Below, piece by piece: positions 25,531 through 36,069 of a DNA stretch of 64,000 nt; position 1 is the first letter of the stretch; the number at the start of each line of letters is the position of its first letter. This DNA is from a bacterium (GTDB lineage: Bacteria > Patescibacteriota > CPR2 > UBA1875 > CAIMLA01). The DNA is taken from the NCBI GenBank assembly GCA_037129835.1, contig JBAXUE010000001.1:174858-238857 (forward strand). Reading direction: 5' to 3'. Below the pieces are notes generated by a model. It had not been told where the DNA came from, made no database searches, and was given only the letters and a program-made list of their open reading frames with translations. The position numbers and the translations under genes are program-made.

Positions 25531-26891
25531 TGAGATGGTATTATTTCGGTATGGAGCAACTAGGTCAAAATCAATCAATCGAAACTGATGACGTTAAACC
25601 GCCAGAAGTCTTTGAGGCTAAAGCAGATGCTGATCCTGCCTTGGCGGCATATTCTTCTCAACCTGAGAATAATCCACTCTCGCAAGCTTTTATGGAAAAA
25701 TATGGGGTTGAATATTCCGACCCTCAAGCCTTAGCTGAAAATCCAGACAAACCTTCACCGGAAATTTCTATGGTGATCCCGGTTCACAATGAGGGTGAAA
25801 GTATTGTTGGGTTGCTCGAGTCCCTAGCGTCACAGGTAAGCGATAAAAGCGCCGAAATTGTATTAGTAATAAATAATGACACAGTCGGGACTAGAGACAT
25901 TATTGATAAGGCAATCGCGGAAGGTAAAATTGACGGTTCTAAATTGCGCCTAGTCGATTGTAGCTACGAAACAAAAGAAGATGGTGATGCTAAGATGGGC
26001 GGGGTTGGGTTAGCCAGGAAAATTGGTATGGACTATGCCGTAAGCTCTGGCTCTGAAACGATAGTCTCCTTAGACGCAGACTGGAAGGTCGAAGACGGCT
26101 TTATTGACCAGGTTGACCAAACAATGTCGCCAGATATCGATGGATTCACCTTTCAAACTGAAGGAATTGCTAACGATGATAGTTCACGTGAATATATGAG
26201 GGTGATGGGTCAGGTCCAGCGCTACAGAGAAGCACTAGGTATTTCTGCAATAAAAAAAGAGGTTGATTTAGAATCGCCGCTAGACAAGAATACAGGTGCA
26301 GTCCATGTGGTCAGAGCTTCTAGCTATGCCAAGGCTGGTGGCATGGTCCCTGTCGTCACAGGTGAGGACGGTAGGTTTGGTGCAAGGGTTTCTGAGAGTG
26401 GCGCTCGACTAAAGAAATCAGAAATTACAGTTGGCGTTGAAATTAGGGAGAGTGACACGCCGGGTGGTCAAGGGGAAAGCCTAAAGAAATTCAACGAAGG
26501 CCTTGTTACAAACCCAGATAAGCCGGGCGAATATATCACGATTGATGAGGCTCAAGAAAAGATGGATAACAGCAAAGAATTTCAGGCAGAACAGAAAAGA
26601 CAAGAAAAAATTGATGAGATCTCAAAAGAACTTATCCAAGAACTTACTAGTTTTTATAACAATAACAAAGAAAAATTACAGACATTAGAAATTGAAGACA
26701 TTGATTCAATTAAAGAAGAGGCAAATACCAGTCCGCTAATAAGCAAGTATCTACTATCTTCAGAGAACGATTTTAGCCAACTGATTGGGATACTTAAGGA
26801 CAGCACTACAGTAGATCAATTCATTTCGGGATTAAGAGATAAGCTGGGCGACGCTGTTAAGGGAAGGGTAGAGGAGTCCGTAGCTTCGTAA
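25515..26891 (+). CDS. Family-2 glycosyltransferase with long C-terminal charged/coiled-coil tail
   Basis: ISMVIPVHNEGESI and a DxD (LDAD) arrangement. C-terminal 130 aa are Lys/Glu-rich. Confidence 0.6.
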   Translation: MEPLSVRWYYFGMEQLGQNQSIETDDVKPPEVFEAKADADPALAAYSSQPENNPLSQAFMEKYGVEYSDPQALAENPDKPSPEISMVIPVHNEGESIVGLLESLASQVSDKSAEIVLVINNDTVGTRDIIDKAIAEGKIDGSKLRLVDCSYETKEDGDAKMGGVGLARKIGMDYAVSSGSETIVSLDADWKVEDGFIDQVDQTMSPDIDGFTFQTEGIANDDSSREYMRVMGQVQRYREALGISAIKKEVDLESPLDKNTGAVHVVRASSYAKAGGMVPVVTGEDGRFGARVSESGARLKKSEITVGVEIRESDTPGGQGESLKKFNEGLVTNPDKPGEYITIDEAQEKMDNSKEFQAEQKRQEKIDEISKELIQELTSFYNNNKEKLQTLEIEDIDSIKEEANTSPLISKYLLSSENDFSQLIGILKDSTTVDQFISGLRDKLGDAVKGRVEESVAS

Positions 26892-26916
26892 ATCTTCTTC
26901 CATTCTTTTAACTCTC

Positions 26917-27015
26917 CCACCAATAAGTTCCAACTATTTTCGACGCAGTCCACCATATATTTAATTGCCGATTCGGGTCATTATTTTTTTGTACTTATTT
27001 TTCGCTGGAATGAAA
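26917..27015 (+). repeat. Intergenic structured repeat, copy d (3' half degenerate)
   Basis: ACCAATAAGTTCCAACTATTTTCGACGCAGTCCACCATATATTTAAT is shared with copies b and c. The right arm has diverged. Confidence 0.5.
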
Positions 27016-27083
27016 GAGGGCGTTTGATTTCTGCTTTTCGATATTATTGAGTTATAATTAAACAAATAATTATTAGGGGGGAT

Positions 27084-27788
27084 ATGTTTTTATATAAAAT
27101 AAACAATCTGACAAAAACTTACGGCGAAAAAGAGGCCAAAGTAGTTGCGCTAAATGACATCAATCTTGAGATTCCTTCAGGGAAATTTATAGTTATTCTG
27201 GGAGCGAGTGGCTCAGGTAAAAGTACGCTGCTAAATATTATGGGAGGTATGGACAAGCCGACTTCGGGCGAAGTCTTTTTTAATGATCAAAGTATTTCAA
27301 AATATAATAAAGGGGAACTAACAAAATATCGGAAAAGTAATATTGGTTTTGTTTTTCAATCATATAATCTACTGCCAGATCTAACAGCTCTTGAGAATGT
27401 AGAATTTTCAACAGAAATAGCCAAACTACCGAGGATAAAAGCAGAAGAAGCCTTGGGTCTAGTAGGGCTAGATAAGAGACAAAGACATTATCCAAGTGAA
27501 ATGTCGGGTGGCGAGCAACAGCGTGTATCTATAGCAAGGACGCTGGCCAAGAATCCGAAGGTTTTACTTTGCGATGAACCAACAGGAGCCCTTGACTATA
27601 AAACGGGCATCAAGGTCCTTGAACTACTCCACAACGTACACGAAGACGGACTTACCTCGGTGATAGTGATTACTCACAACCAAGATATTGCCAAGATTGC
27701 TGATATGGTAATAAAGATGCGCAGCGGTGAGATAATTGATATAAATGAAAACAAAAAGCCGCTCAAGCCTTCGGAAGTGAAGTGGTAA
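27084..27788 (+). CDS. ABC transporter ATP-binding protein (MacB/LolD/FtsE-like)
   Basis: Walker A GASGSGKST, signature LSGGEQQRV, Walker B LLLCDEPTGALD. Confidence 0.9.
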   Translation: MFLYKINNLTKTYGEKEAKVVALNDINLEIPSGKFIVILGASGSGKSTLLNIMGGMDKPTSGEVFFNDQSISKYNKGELTKYRKSNIGFVFQSYNLLPDLTALENVEFSTEIAKLPRIKAEEALGLVGLDKRQRHYPSEMSGGEQQRVSIARTLAKNPKVLLCDEPTGALDYKTGIKVLELLHNVHEDGLTSVIVITHNQDIAKIADMVIKMRSGEIIDINENKKPLKPSEVKW

Positions 27789-27789
27789 G

Positions 27790-30108
27790 GTGAAAACCGG
27801 CAACAAAATAATCGTTCGACGTAATTTTGAACAACTTGGCGCCTTTATTTCAACACTTTTAATAATTGCGGTCGCCGTTGGGTTTTTTGTTATTATTAAA
27901 TCAGTGGTCGCTTCTTACCAAAATAGAGGAGAAGAGTATTTTCAGACAAATGCCTTGGCCGAATATTCTTTTTTTGGTGAAGGCTTTAATGAATCGGATG
28001 TTTCGGAAATAAATAATGTCGCAGGGGTCAAAGATGTTTTTGCCCGCAATGTTTTTGATGTCAAAAATGAAGACAAAACCTTTCGTGTTATATCGGCTCC
28101 ACAGAGTCCTCAAATAAACATTCCATATATTTATGAAGGCGAGATGCCGAAAGGGTCAGCTCAGTGCTTACTCGCCAAAAAATACGCTGATGCCAACGGT
28201 TTACATCTTGGTGATTATCTCGATATCACTATAGCTGGTCAGGTATACAAACTAAAGATTACTGGCCTAATGGCTTCCCCAGAATATGTTTATTTGTCAA
28301 AAAATGTTGCAGTCCCATTTGCTAACCCTAAAGAATTTGGGATTGTTATGGTTGATAATGATTTTTTTCAAATTATCGGTAATCCATACTATAACGAAAT
28401 ACTTTTGTCTTTTAACGCCGACGCAAATCAGTCAAAAACTGTCGAAAGTGTAAAAAAAGCGATTGATAGCAGTAAAATTGTTTCTGAAACTGAGAAAAAG
28501 GATCAGTTGAGCTATAGTTTTTTTAAGGCAGATTTGAAGCAAATCAACCTTTTTGCCTATATCTTTCCTCTTGTATTTTTATTTATTACGGGAGTAATTA
28601 TACTGGTAATCCAAAAAAGAAATGTTATTCACGATCGACGACAAATCGGTGTTATGAAGGCGATGGGGCTGTATGATCGAGAAATTATTTGGATTTATGT
28701 CAAAAGTGCCTTACTACTATCGACTTTGGGAATATTTATAGGAATCATTCTGTCGATACTTATCGGTCAGTTTATCGTAAGTATGTTTGGTTCTATGTAT
28801 GAATTGCCGAATTATATTTATCAAAATGATTTTATTACATGGATTGTTCCTGCGTTAGCAGTTTTGGTCATTAGTACGATAGCCAGTTTTTGGGCCGTAA
28901 TATCGGTCACCAAGATTGTTCCAGCTGAAGCTATGCATGCAGAAACTCCGAAACAAGGTAAGGATATCTGGCTTCAAAGATGGAGATTTTGGGACCATTT
29001 GTCATTTAATAGTCGATATGCCATCAAGTCGGCAGTCAGAAATCGCGGAAGATTTTGGGCGGTAGTTATCGGGATGATTGCCACAATTTCATTGTTATCA
29101 TTTTCCTTTGGTTTTAAGGATTCGCTCCAAGAAACAGTAACTAATGGTTTTGAGAATACTGCCAAATATGACCTCTCAGTTTATCTAAGTGAAGTCCCTT
29201 TTGAGACGGATCAATCGTTTCTAGGAGATAAAGGTGTAATTGATTATCAAAAAACAAATCTTATAAAGACTACCATCAAGAACGGATCCAAAAGTAAAGA
29301 TGTTACGCTTGAGATTTCTAATGATATTTTCTCGATGCATAATATCAAGAATCTAGAGGGAAACAGACCCGATATCGCTAATGGCATAGCTTTGCCAAGA
29401 TACATCGCGAAATTAATGGACGTAAAGAAGGGCGATATAGTAAGTATTTCAACTTCTGATAAGCAGATTGATACAGAGGTAACTGTTTCTGACATTACCG
29501 ATCAAACCGCCAATTTTTATGCCCTAGCTACTTATGATTTTGCTCAAGAATATCTAAAATTAGATAATAAAAGTTATAATACAATCTTTATAAAAAGCAA
29601 CAATCCGAGTGCGTTGCGAGATAAAATTACCGAGAGCAATACCTCAATGTGGGTTACTTTGAGATTAGAAGACGCAAAGAGCTTGAAGAATATGATGATG
29701 ATATTTGATCCATTTATATATTCACTGATTTTCTTTGCGATGGTTTTGGGGGTGGCAGTCTTGTTTGCTATTATGACTATCAATATTGCCTCGAGAGAAT
29801 ATGAATTTGTACTCCTGAGGGTAATGGGTTATTCGCCACTACAAATAATTGTCGCGTATATCAAAGAGCTTCTGATACAGATAATTATTGCACTACCTCT
29901 TGGTATTGTACTTGGGAATCTAATGCTCATGGGTATAGGCGACGCGTTTTCTACCGATGCCTTTGAAATGATTGGTCGGATTTATCCCACAAGCTATCTA
30001 TACTCGTTTTTGCTTTTAATTTCTGTGATGGTAATTGTAACTTTCTTTGCCTTCAGGAAAATCAACAAGCTTGATCTTGTAGCTGGCCTTAAAGAGCGAG
30101 AAGAGTAG
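27790..30108 (+). CDS. ABC transporter permease, double FtsX-domain (MacB-type) with large extracytoplasmic domains
   Basis: Two blocks of four TM helices with FtsX-like C-terminal hairpins. Stop/start overlap with the ATPase. Confidence 0.8.
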   Translation: MKTGNKIIVRRNFEQLGAFISTLLIIAVAVGFFVIIKSVVASYQNRGEEYFQTNALAEYSFFGEGFNESDVSEINNVAGVKDVFARNVFDVKNEDKTFRVISAPQSPQINIPYIYEGEMPKGSAQCLLAKKYADANGLHLGDYLDITIAGQVYKLKITGLMASPEYVYLSKNVAVPFANPKEFGIVMVDNDFFQIIGNPYYNEILLSFNADANQSKTVESVKKAIDSSKIVSETEKKDQLSYSFFKADLKQINLFAYIFPLVFLFITGVIILVIQKRNVIHDRRQIGVMKAMGLYDREIIWIYVKSALLLSTLGIFIGIILSILIGQFIVSMFGSMYELPNYIYQNDFITWIVPALAVLVISTIASFWAVISVTKIVPAEAMHAETPKQGKDIWLQRWRFWDHLSFNSRYAIKSAVRNRGRFWAVVIGMIATISLLSFSFGFKDSLQETVTNGFENTAKYDLSVYLSEVPFETDQSFLGDKGVIDYQKTNLIKTTIKNGSKSKDVTLEISNDIFSMHNIKNLEGNRPDIANGIALPRYIAKLMDVKKGDIVSISTSDKQIDTEVTVSDITDQTANFYALATYDFAQEYLKLDNKSYNTIFIKSNNPSALRDKITESNTSMWVTLRLEDAKSLKNMMMIFDPFIYSLIFFAMVLGVAVLFAIMTINIASREYEFVLLRVMGYSPLQIIVAYIKELLIQIIIALPLGIVLGNLMLMGIGDAFSTDAFEMIGRIYPTSYLYSFLLLISVMVIVTFFAFRKINKLDLVAGLKEREE

Positions 30109-30389
30109 TGGTCCCGCTTTTTTGTAAAATTCTTAAAACGGTTTGGTCCGGTGACCGTTAGTCACATTTATTTGGCGATATTGACACTAGAATATAACAG
30201 TAATTTGTGCTAAGATAACGTGATTATATCGTCATATAATATTTAAAACATATACAATAAAATAATAAATTATCAAAATAATAATAAGTTCAAACTAAAT
30301 AAATATTTTCCGTACGGTCAGCATGTTTTACCGGCAACAAAAGGGCTGCAATCTTAGTTTTGTACCCTTGCGAAAATAAAGGAAACGAT

Positions 30390-31547
30390 ATGAAAATACT
30401 AATGGATGCTCCAACGAAGATAAATGGCGGCCTTACTACTCATACGAATGGTATTTTTCAAGCTGCTTTAATAAATCCTGATATAAATATATTGGGTATT
30501 GATTTTAGTAGAGACGTTCTGAAACCTCAAACTATCAGCAAAGGAGCGGCTGGTAAAATAATAACTTACCCACTACCCGAAGATTTCTTTAAAAGATTGT
30601 ATTATGAAAATTCGTTAAAGGCCTTTACTGCTAAAATGAAAAACAAAATTAATATTTTTGAAAGTAATATAATATCTTTTAAGCCCGATTTAATTATGAT
30701 AAATGGAACTACTTGGAAGCAATTTGCTCTTTTTTGTGCAGCAAAAAAATTCAATATCCCCGTTATCCAATATCATGGGAGTTGTATTACAAACGAAACA
30801 AAACACTATCCGAAGTATGTACAAGAAACTATTAAAAAAATTGAATGTAGTTACATGCACCCGGTAGTCAAAATGAGAATATTCCCTTCTCAAATTATAA
30901 AAACTACCCTTGAAGATCAAGTGTGGAAGAAAAAATCGATTAACTCAATCATAATACACAGCGGTGTTAGAATTTCAGAAATGAAAATAAACCCCGGAGC
31001 AGGAAATTATTCAGTTGGGATGGTCTGTAGATGGTCTCCAGAAAAAAATCCAAATTATATTGTTGAATTAGCCGACTTTAATAGGAAGAAAAATGGACCG
31101 TTAACATTTAATATCGTATCCGAGCTTGAGGCCAATCACTCGAATTATGAAAAAGCCTCAGAGAGTTGTATCGTTTTTACTCCAATGGCATATGACTTAC
31201 TTGTAGATTTTTATCGAAATTGTAGTGTTATTATCTGCCCATCTCTTTTTGAAACATATGGTAGAGTCCCGCTAGAAGCAGTTGCGCATGGAGTACCTGC
31301 GTTAGTTAGCCATAATATGGGAGTTGCTGAAGTGTACAAAAAGGTAGGATTAGCTGATTTAATCGTCGATTTTAATGATGTTAACTCTGTCTATAAAAAG
31401 ATAATATCTCTAAAGAATTATCAAATTCCAAGAGAAATAGTAAACGAAATAAGGCAATATTATTCAGAAGAAAGAGTTTACGGGGAATACATGGAATTAT
31501 TTAGGAGTGTAGCGAACCATTCATTGGCTTTTGGTCTTGGTCTTTAG
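30390..31547 (+). CDS. Glycosyltransferase family 1 (GT4-like)
   Basis: C-terminal CPSLFETYGRVPLEAVAHGVPALVS E-x7-E-type motif. ATG at 30390 after an AAAGGAAAC RBS. The track start at 30360 lacks an RBS. Confidence 0.7.
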   Translation: MKILMDAPTKINGGLTTHTNGIFQAALINPDINILGIDFSRDVLKPQTISKGAAGKIITYPLPEDFFKRLYYENSLKAFTAKMKNKINIFESNIISFKPDLIMINGTTWKQFALFCAAKKFNIPVIQYHGSCITNETKHYPKYVQETIKKIECSYMHPVVKMRIFPSQIIKTTLEDQVWKKKSINSIIIHSGVRISEMKINPGAGNYSVGMVCRWSPEKNPNYIVELADFNRKKNGPLTFNIVSELEANHSNYEKASESCIVFTPMAYDLLVDFYRNCSVIICPSLFETYGRVPLEAVAHGVPALVSHNMGVAEVYKKVGLADLIVDFNDVNSVYKKIISLKNYQIPREIVNEIRQYYSEERVYGEYMELFRSVANHSLAFGLGL

Positions 31548-32372
31548 TTTTTCTTTTAGTTTAATATTCTCTTTCTTGAGTTTTTTTATTTCATCCATGT
31601 ATTCCTTTATTGTAGTAGCAAAAAAGGAAAGAGAATCACTGTGTAGGGTCTTTTTGATTTTCACGTGTGATTCGTCTTTGTATTTTGTTAGTTCATGATT
31701 GCGTTCCCATCTATATGTGTAAGCATTTTGGTGGACCCTGTAGGTGAAAATATAATCATCAATGAAACCAACATTAAGTTTTTTCTCTGGCTTTGATAGT
31801 TCTAGCCATAAAAAATAATCTTGTGTTCGGTCTAGCCACGATGGCCAGGTGATATCTTCCAGGGTTTTTCTGCTGATTGTGGGTGTACCGTTATGAATAA
31901 AATTCTTAATAATAAGTCTTTCATAAAAATGGTCGTCTGGGAATTTGCTCTGATAAGTAACGGGAATAAACTTTCCCGTTTCGTTAATCCATTTTGCCTT
32001 GCCATAAAACCAGTCAACATCTGGATTTTCTGTTATGTATTTTGCTCGTGTTTTTAAACTATTGGGCGGTAGCATATCATCGTCATCCATAAAGATGACA
32101 TAATCATTTGTGGCCGAAGCAAGGCCTATTTTATAGTTGCAACCAGTGCCCTTATTCGTTTTATTGGTGATAGTGATTAGGTTTAGATATTTGCCTTTAG
32201 CTTTATTGAGATAATCAGAAGTCATATCCGTCGAGGCGTCATCGATAATAATATGCTGGAAAGTAAAATTATCGCCAGATTGCTGCTGAACACTTTTTAT
32301 GCATTTTTCTAAATAGCCAGATTTTAAACGGTTATATGTTGGTGTAATTATAGAAAATGATACTTTTTTCAT
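31521..32372 (-). CDS. Glycosyltransferase family 2
   Basis: FSIITPTYNR and the acidic motif FMDDDDML, with a GT-A fold arrangement. Confidence 0.8.
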   Translation of the reverse strand: MKKVSFSIITPTYNRLKSGYLEKCIKSVQQQSGDNFTFQHIIIDDASTDMTSDYLNKAKGKYLNLITITNKTNKGTGCNYKIGLASATNDYVIFMDDDDMLPPNSLKTRAKYITENPDVDWFYGKAKWINETGKFIPVTYQSKFPDDHFYERLIIKNFIHNGTPTISRKTLEDITWPSWLDRTQDYFLWLELSKPEKKLNVGFIDDYIFTYRVHQNAYTYRWERNHELTKYKDESHVKIKKTLHSDSLSFFATTIKEYMDEIKKLKKENIKLKEKLKTKTKSQ

Positions 32373-32406
32373 TTATTCTTCCTTAATACTGAGTTAAGAT
32401 TATAAC

Positions 32407-33036
32407 ATGAAAACAGTAATTTTTGATTTTGATGGCACTCTTGCGGACACATTTGTCTTTGCTTTAGAGATTGCGAACAAGTATGCGGCCAAATACCATC
32501 TCGGTCAATTTACCCCCGATGATTTGGAGAAAATGAAAAAATTGTCGCTTGCAGAGATTGTAAAAAAATATAAGATTTCTTGGTTTAATTTGATAAGAAT
32601 GGTTTTAACATCACGTCGTGAAATAACGGCTAGGTTAGAAGAAATCAACACATTTCCTGGGCTGCCAGAAATGATGAAAAGACTCCATGAAGAAGGCTAT
32701 CAGATCGCTGTCGTATCGACAAATTCGAAGAAAAACATCGATTATTTTGTAAATAAATATTTTCCTGATGATGTTTCTATAATCCACACTTCGCTTAACC
32801 CATTTAACAAGGATATGATTTTAAGAAAACTGCTTACGAAATTTGATATTCAGTTGAAAGATGCACTGTATGTAGGAGACGAAATTCGCGACATAGATGC
32901 TGCCAAAGGGGCCGGGATAAAAGTTATCAGCGTTGATTGGGGATATAACAGTAAGACTTATCTAAAAGAAAAAAATCCAATCGTTGTGAGTAGCTCCAAG
33001 GCATTATATGAGACAATCGTAAAGCTATTCAAATAA
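32407..33036 (+). CDS. HAD-superfamily phosphatase (phosphoglycolate phosphatase-like)
   Basis: Motif I VIFDFDGTLADT, motif II VVSTNS, motif III K...GDEIRD. Confidence 0.75.
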   Translation: MKTVIFDFDGTLADTFVFALEIANKYAAKYHLGQFTPDDLEKMKKLSLAEIVKKYKISWFNLIRMVLTSRREITARLEEINTFPGLPEMMKRLHEEGYQIAVVSTNSKKNIDYFVNKYFPDDVSIIHTSLNPFNKDMILRKLLTKFDIQLKDALYVGDEIRDIDAAKGAGIKVISVDWGYNSKTYLKEKNPIVVSSSKALYETIVKLFK

Positions 33037-33067
33037 AGGCTTTTTTCTGCTAGAATGTAGCTTAATT

Positions 33068-35506
33068 ATGGCAAAATACGACCACAAAAAAATAGAAAAA
33101 AAGTGGCACGACGTTTGGACTGAAACAGAAATATATGTCGCTAACGATAATGATGAGCGCGAAAAGTACTATAACTTAGTGATGTACCCATACCCCTCGG
33201 GGGATTTACATATCGGACACTGGTACAACTTTTCTGGTGGTGATTTTTACGCTCGTTATAAAAGAATGAATGGTTATAACGTCTTAAATCCTATCGGATT
33301 TGATTCGTTTGGGCTTCCCGCAGAGAACGCGGCTATTAAGCGTGGTATCGCTCCCAAGACGTGGACATATGACAATATAGATAATATGCTGAAACAGTTA
33401 CATCGAATCGGGGCGAGCTATGATTGGGATAGAATGGTTATTACTAGTGACCCCGAGTATTACAAATGGACTCAATGGATGTTTCTGGAGCTGTACAAGA
33501 GGGGGCTAGCTTATAAAAAGAAACAAGTAGCCAACTGGTGTACAGATTGTAATACGGTTCTTGCTAATGAACAGGTTGTAGACGGCAAATGTGAGCGCTG
33601 TGGCAATGATGTAATCCAAAAAGAACTTGATCAGTGGCTTTTTAAGATTACTGACTACGCCGATGAGCTTATCTCTGGTCTTGATCAGGTTGATTGGCCA
33701 GAACGCACCAAAATAGCACAACGCAACTGGATAGGTAGAAGTGAGGGCGCAGAAGTTAATTTCAAGGTGGATGGTTCGAAGCATGTAATTAAAGTATTTA
33801 CTACTCGTATTGATACTCTTTATGGCGCTACTTTTATGGTTCTTGCGCCAGAAAACCCTCTAGTCGAAAAAATAACTACTAAAGAGCAATTTGAATTGGT
33901 AGAAAAGTACATATCTATGACAAAGGGCAAAACTGAGCTAGATAGAATGCAAGAAAAGGTCAAAACAGGAGTTTTTACCGGAGCCTATGCATTAAACCCT
34001 ATAAATAATGAGAAAATACCCGTTTGGATAGGCGACTACGTTCTGATGGGCTATGGAACAGGTGCTATTATGGCCGTTCCTGCTCATGACGAACGTGATA
34101 ACGAATTTGCCAAGAAATATAAGTTACCTATTATAGAAGTAGTCGAGCCAATTAATAATAAAAAAGAAATAATGTTCACCGCCTACGGCAAGTTAATTAA
34201 TTCTGGTGATTTCACTGGCCTTACATCTGAAGAAGCAAAAACTAAAATTATAGCCCTTCTATCTAAAGAGGAAAAAGCTACCAAGAAAATAAATTATAAG
34301 CTTAGGGATTGGTTAATTTCACGTCAAAGATACTGGGGCTCTCCAATACCAATAGTTTACTGTGACAAATGTGGTGAGGTACCAGTGCCAGAAAAAGATC
34401 TGCCAGTAGTGCTTCCAGAGGAAGTGAACATGAAGTCAACTGGTGAATCTCCTTTGAAATATGAAAAGGATTTTTATGATACAACTTGTCCAAAGTGTGG
34501 CGGTAAAGCAACTCGCGAAACCGATACTATGGACACTTTCGTATGCTCTAGTTGGTACTATCTGCGATATGCAGATCCTAAAAACGATAGAGAATTCGCA
34601 TCTAAAGAGAAAATGAAACAGTGGCTGCCTGTAGATATGTATATTGGTGGCGCAGAGCACACAGTACTTCATTTATTGTATTCACGTTTCTTCACAAAAG
34701 CACTTAGGGATGGGGGATATTTAGATTTTGACGAGCCATTTATGAAACTACGTCATCAGGGGATGATACTAGGGCCTGACGGGTTGAAAATGTCAAAATC
34801 AAAAGGAAATGTAATAGATCCTGACATAGAGGTAGAAAAGTACGGTGCCGACGCTATTCGTATGTATCTTTCGTTTATGGGACCGTACGAACAAGGTGGA
34901 CCATGGAACCCGAACGGTCTCGTCGGCGTCCGTAGGTTTCTTGATAAATTTTATGAATTTGCGCAAATAATTTGTTCAGCATCTAATAATCAAGATGCTA
35001 ATAGTATTAAACAAGCCGATTTAGACAAGATTATTTCTAAATTGATTGATAAAGTCTCAAGAGATTTTCCCGAGATGAAATTTAATACCTGTATTTCCGG
35101 TTTCATGGAAACCATGAACAGCCTTGTGGCCTTAGCGAAAGAATTTCCCATTACGGATAATAGTAAGGTGTGGAAGAAGGCAATTTCGCAGATGTTACTT
35201 GTGATGGCTCCATTTGCACCCTTTCTTACAGAAGAGTTGTGGTATAACCTTGGCAATAATGGCAGTATTCACCTTCAGCAATGGCCAACTTCAGATAAAT
35301 CTTTATTAATAGATGACTTAGTAACGGTCGCGATTCAAGTAAATGGCAAAGTACGCGATACTTTGCTTGTTTCGCCAGGTGCAGAAGAGGTAGATTTGTT
35401 GAAAATAGCGAAAGAATCTGATAAAGTCGCAAAATATCTTGAAGGTAAAAATATTTTAAAATCATTCTATGTTAAGAGTAAAATCCTTAGCATTGTCACG
35501 GATTAA
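33068..35506 (+). CDS. leuS: Leucyl-tRNA synthetase
   Basis: HIGH motif (DLHIGHWYNF), KMSKS motif (LKMSKSKGN), zinc knuckles CxxC and a CP1 editing domain. Confidence 0.92.
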   Translation: MAKYDHKKIEKKWHDVWTETEIYVANDNDEREKYYNLVMYPYPSGDLHIGHWYNFSGGDFYARYKRMNGYNVLNPIGFDSFGLPAENAAIKRGIAPKTWTYDNIDNMLKQLHRIGASYDWDRMVITSDPEYYKWTQWMFLELYKRGLAYKKKQVANWCTDCNTVLANEQVVDGKCERCGNDVIQKELDQWLFKITDYADELISGLDQVDWPERTKIAQRNWIGRSEGAEVNFKVDGSKHVIKVFTTRIDTLYGATFMVLAPENPLVEKITTKEQFELVEKYISMTKGKTELDRMQEKVKTGVFTGAYALNPINNEKIPVWIGDYVLMGYGTGAIMAVPAHDERDNEFAKKYKLPIIEVVEPINNKKEIMFTAYGKLINSGDFTGLTSEEAKTKIIALLSKEEKATKKINYKLRDWLISRQRYWGSPIPIVYCDKCGEVPVPEKDLPVVLPEEVNMKSTGESPLKYEKDFYDTTCPKCGGKATRETDTMDTFVCSSWYYLRYADPKNDREFASKEKMKQWLPVDMYIGGAEHTVLHLLYSRFFTKALRDGGYLDFDEPFMKLRHQGMILGPDGLKMSKSKGNVIDPDIEVEKYGADAIRMYLSFMGPYEQGGPWNPNGLVGVRRFLDKFYEFAQIICSASNNQDANSIKQADLDKIISKLIDKVSRDFPEMKFNTCISGFMETMNSLVALAKEFPITDNSKVWKKAISQMLLVMAPFAPFLTEELWYNLGNNGSIHLQQWPTSDKSLLIDDLVTVAIQVNGKVRDTLLVSPGAEEVDLLKIAKESDKVAKYLEGKNILKSFYVKSKILSIVTD

Positions 35507-35509
35507 GTG

Positions 35510-36001
35510 ATGATAATATTTATTAATGGTAATATGAATTCTGGGAAAACTACCGTATCAAAGGTGTTAGAGAAAAAAATACCAAATACTGCAAGACTTG
35601 AAGTAGATGCTTTGAGGCACTTTATTTCTTGGATGCCTGTCCACGATAGTGTTAGATATAATTTGGAAAACACTGTTTCTCTAATTCGTAATTTTGTAAA
35701 AAACGGATTTAATGTAGTTGTTCCATATCCGCTTTCACCAGAGAGCTATAAATATTTAAACAAAGAGTTAAGCGATATTGAAACAGAGGTTTTTTATTTT
35801 ACCTTAAATCCTTCTATTAAGCATTTGCTCTTAAATCGTGGGACAAGAGAGTTGCCCAAGGAAGATATTGAACAAATAAACTTTTTGCATGCAGTTAAAA
35901 TTGCCGAAGTAAATTTTGGTATCACGTTAGATAATTCAGAGCAAACACCTGAAGAAACCGCCAACATTATTATTCAGTCTATTAAGGAACGCACCCAATG
36001 A
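35510..36001 (+). CDS. P-loop NTPase / small-molecule kinase-like protein (AAA_33-like)
   Basis: Walker A GNMNSGKTT, about 160 aa. Starts 4 nt after the leuS stop. Confidence 0.5.
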   Translation: MIIFINGNMNSGKTTVSKVLEKKIPNTARLEVDALRHFISWMPVHDSVRYNLENTVSLIRNFVKNGFNVVVPYPLSPESYKYLNKELSDIETEVFYFTLNPSIKHLLLNRGTRELPKEDIEQINFLHAVKIAEVNFGITLDNSEQTPEETANIIIQSIKERTQ

Positions 36002-36069
36002 TTAATGATTGTGCTGGATTAACTTTTGTGCTATAATTTGCTTTGTTTTTAGTAATTTGAAAGTAGAAA

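Noticed and set aside
30360-30389. Track start of GT1 at 30360 (MYPCENKGND)
   Set aside because: No RBS. The ATG at 30390 is preceded by AAAGGAAAC.
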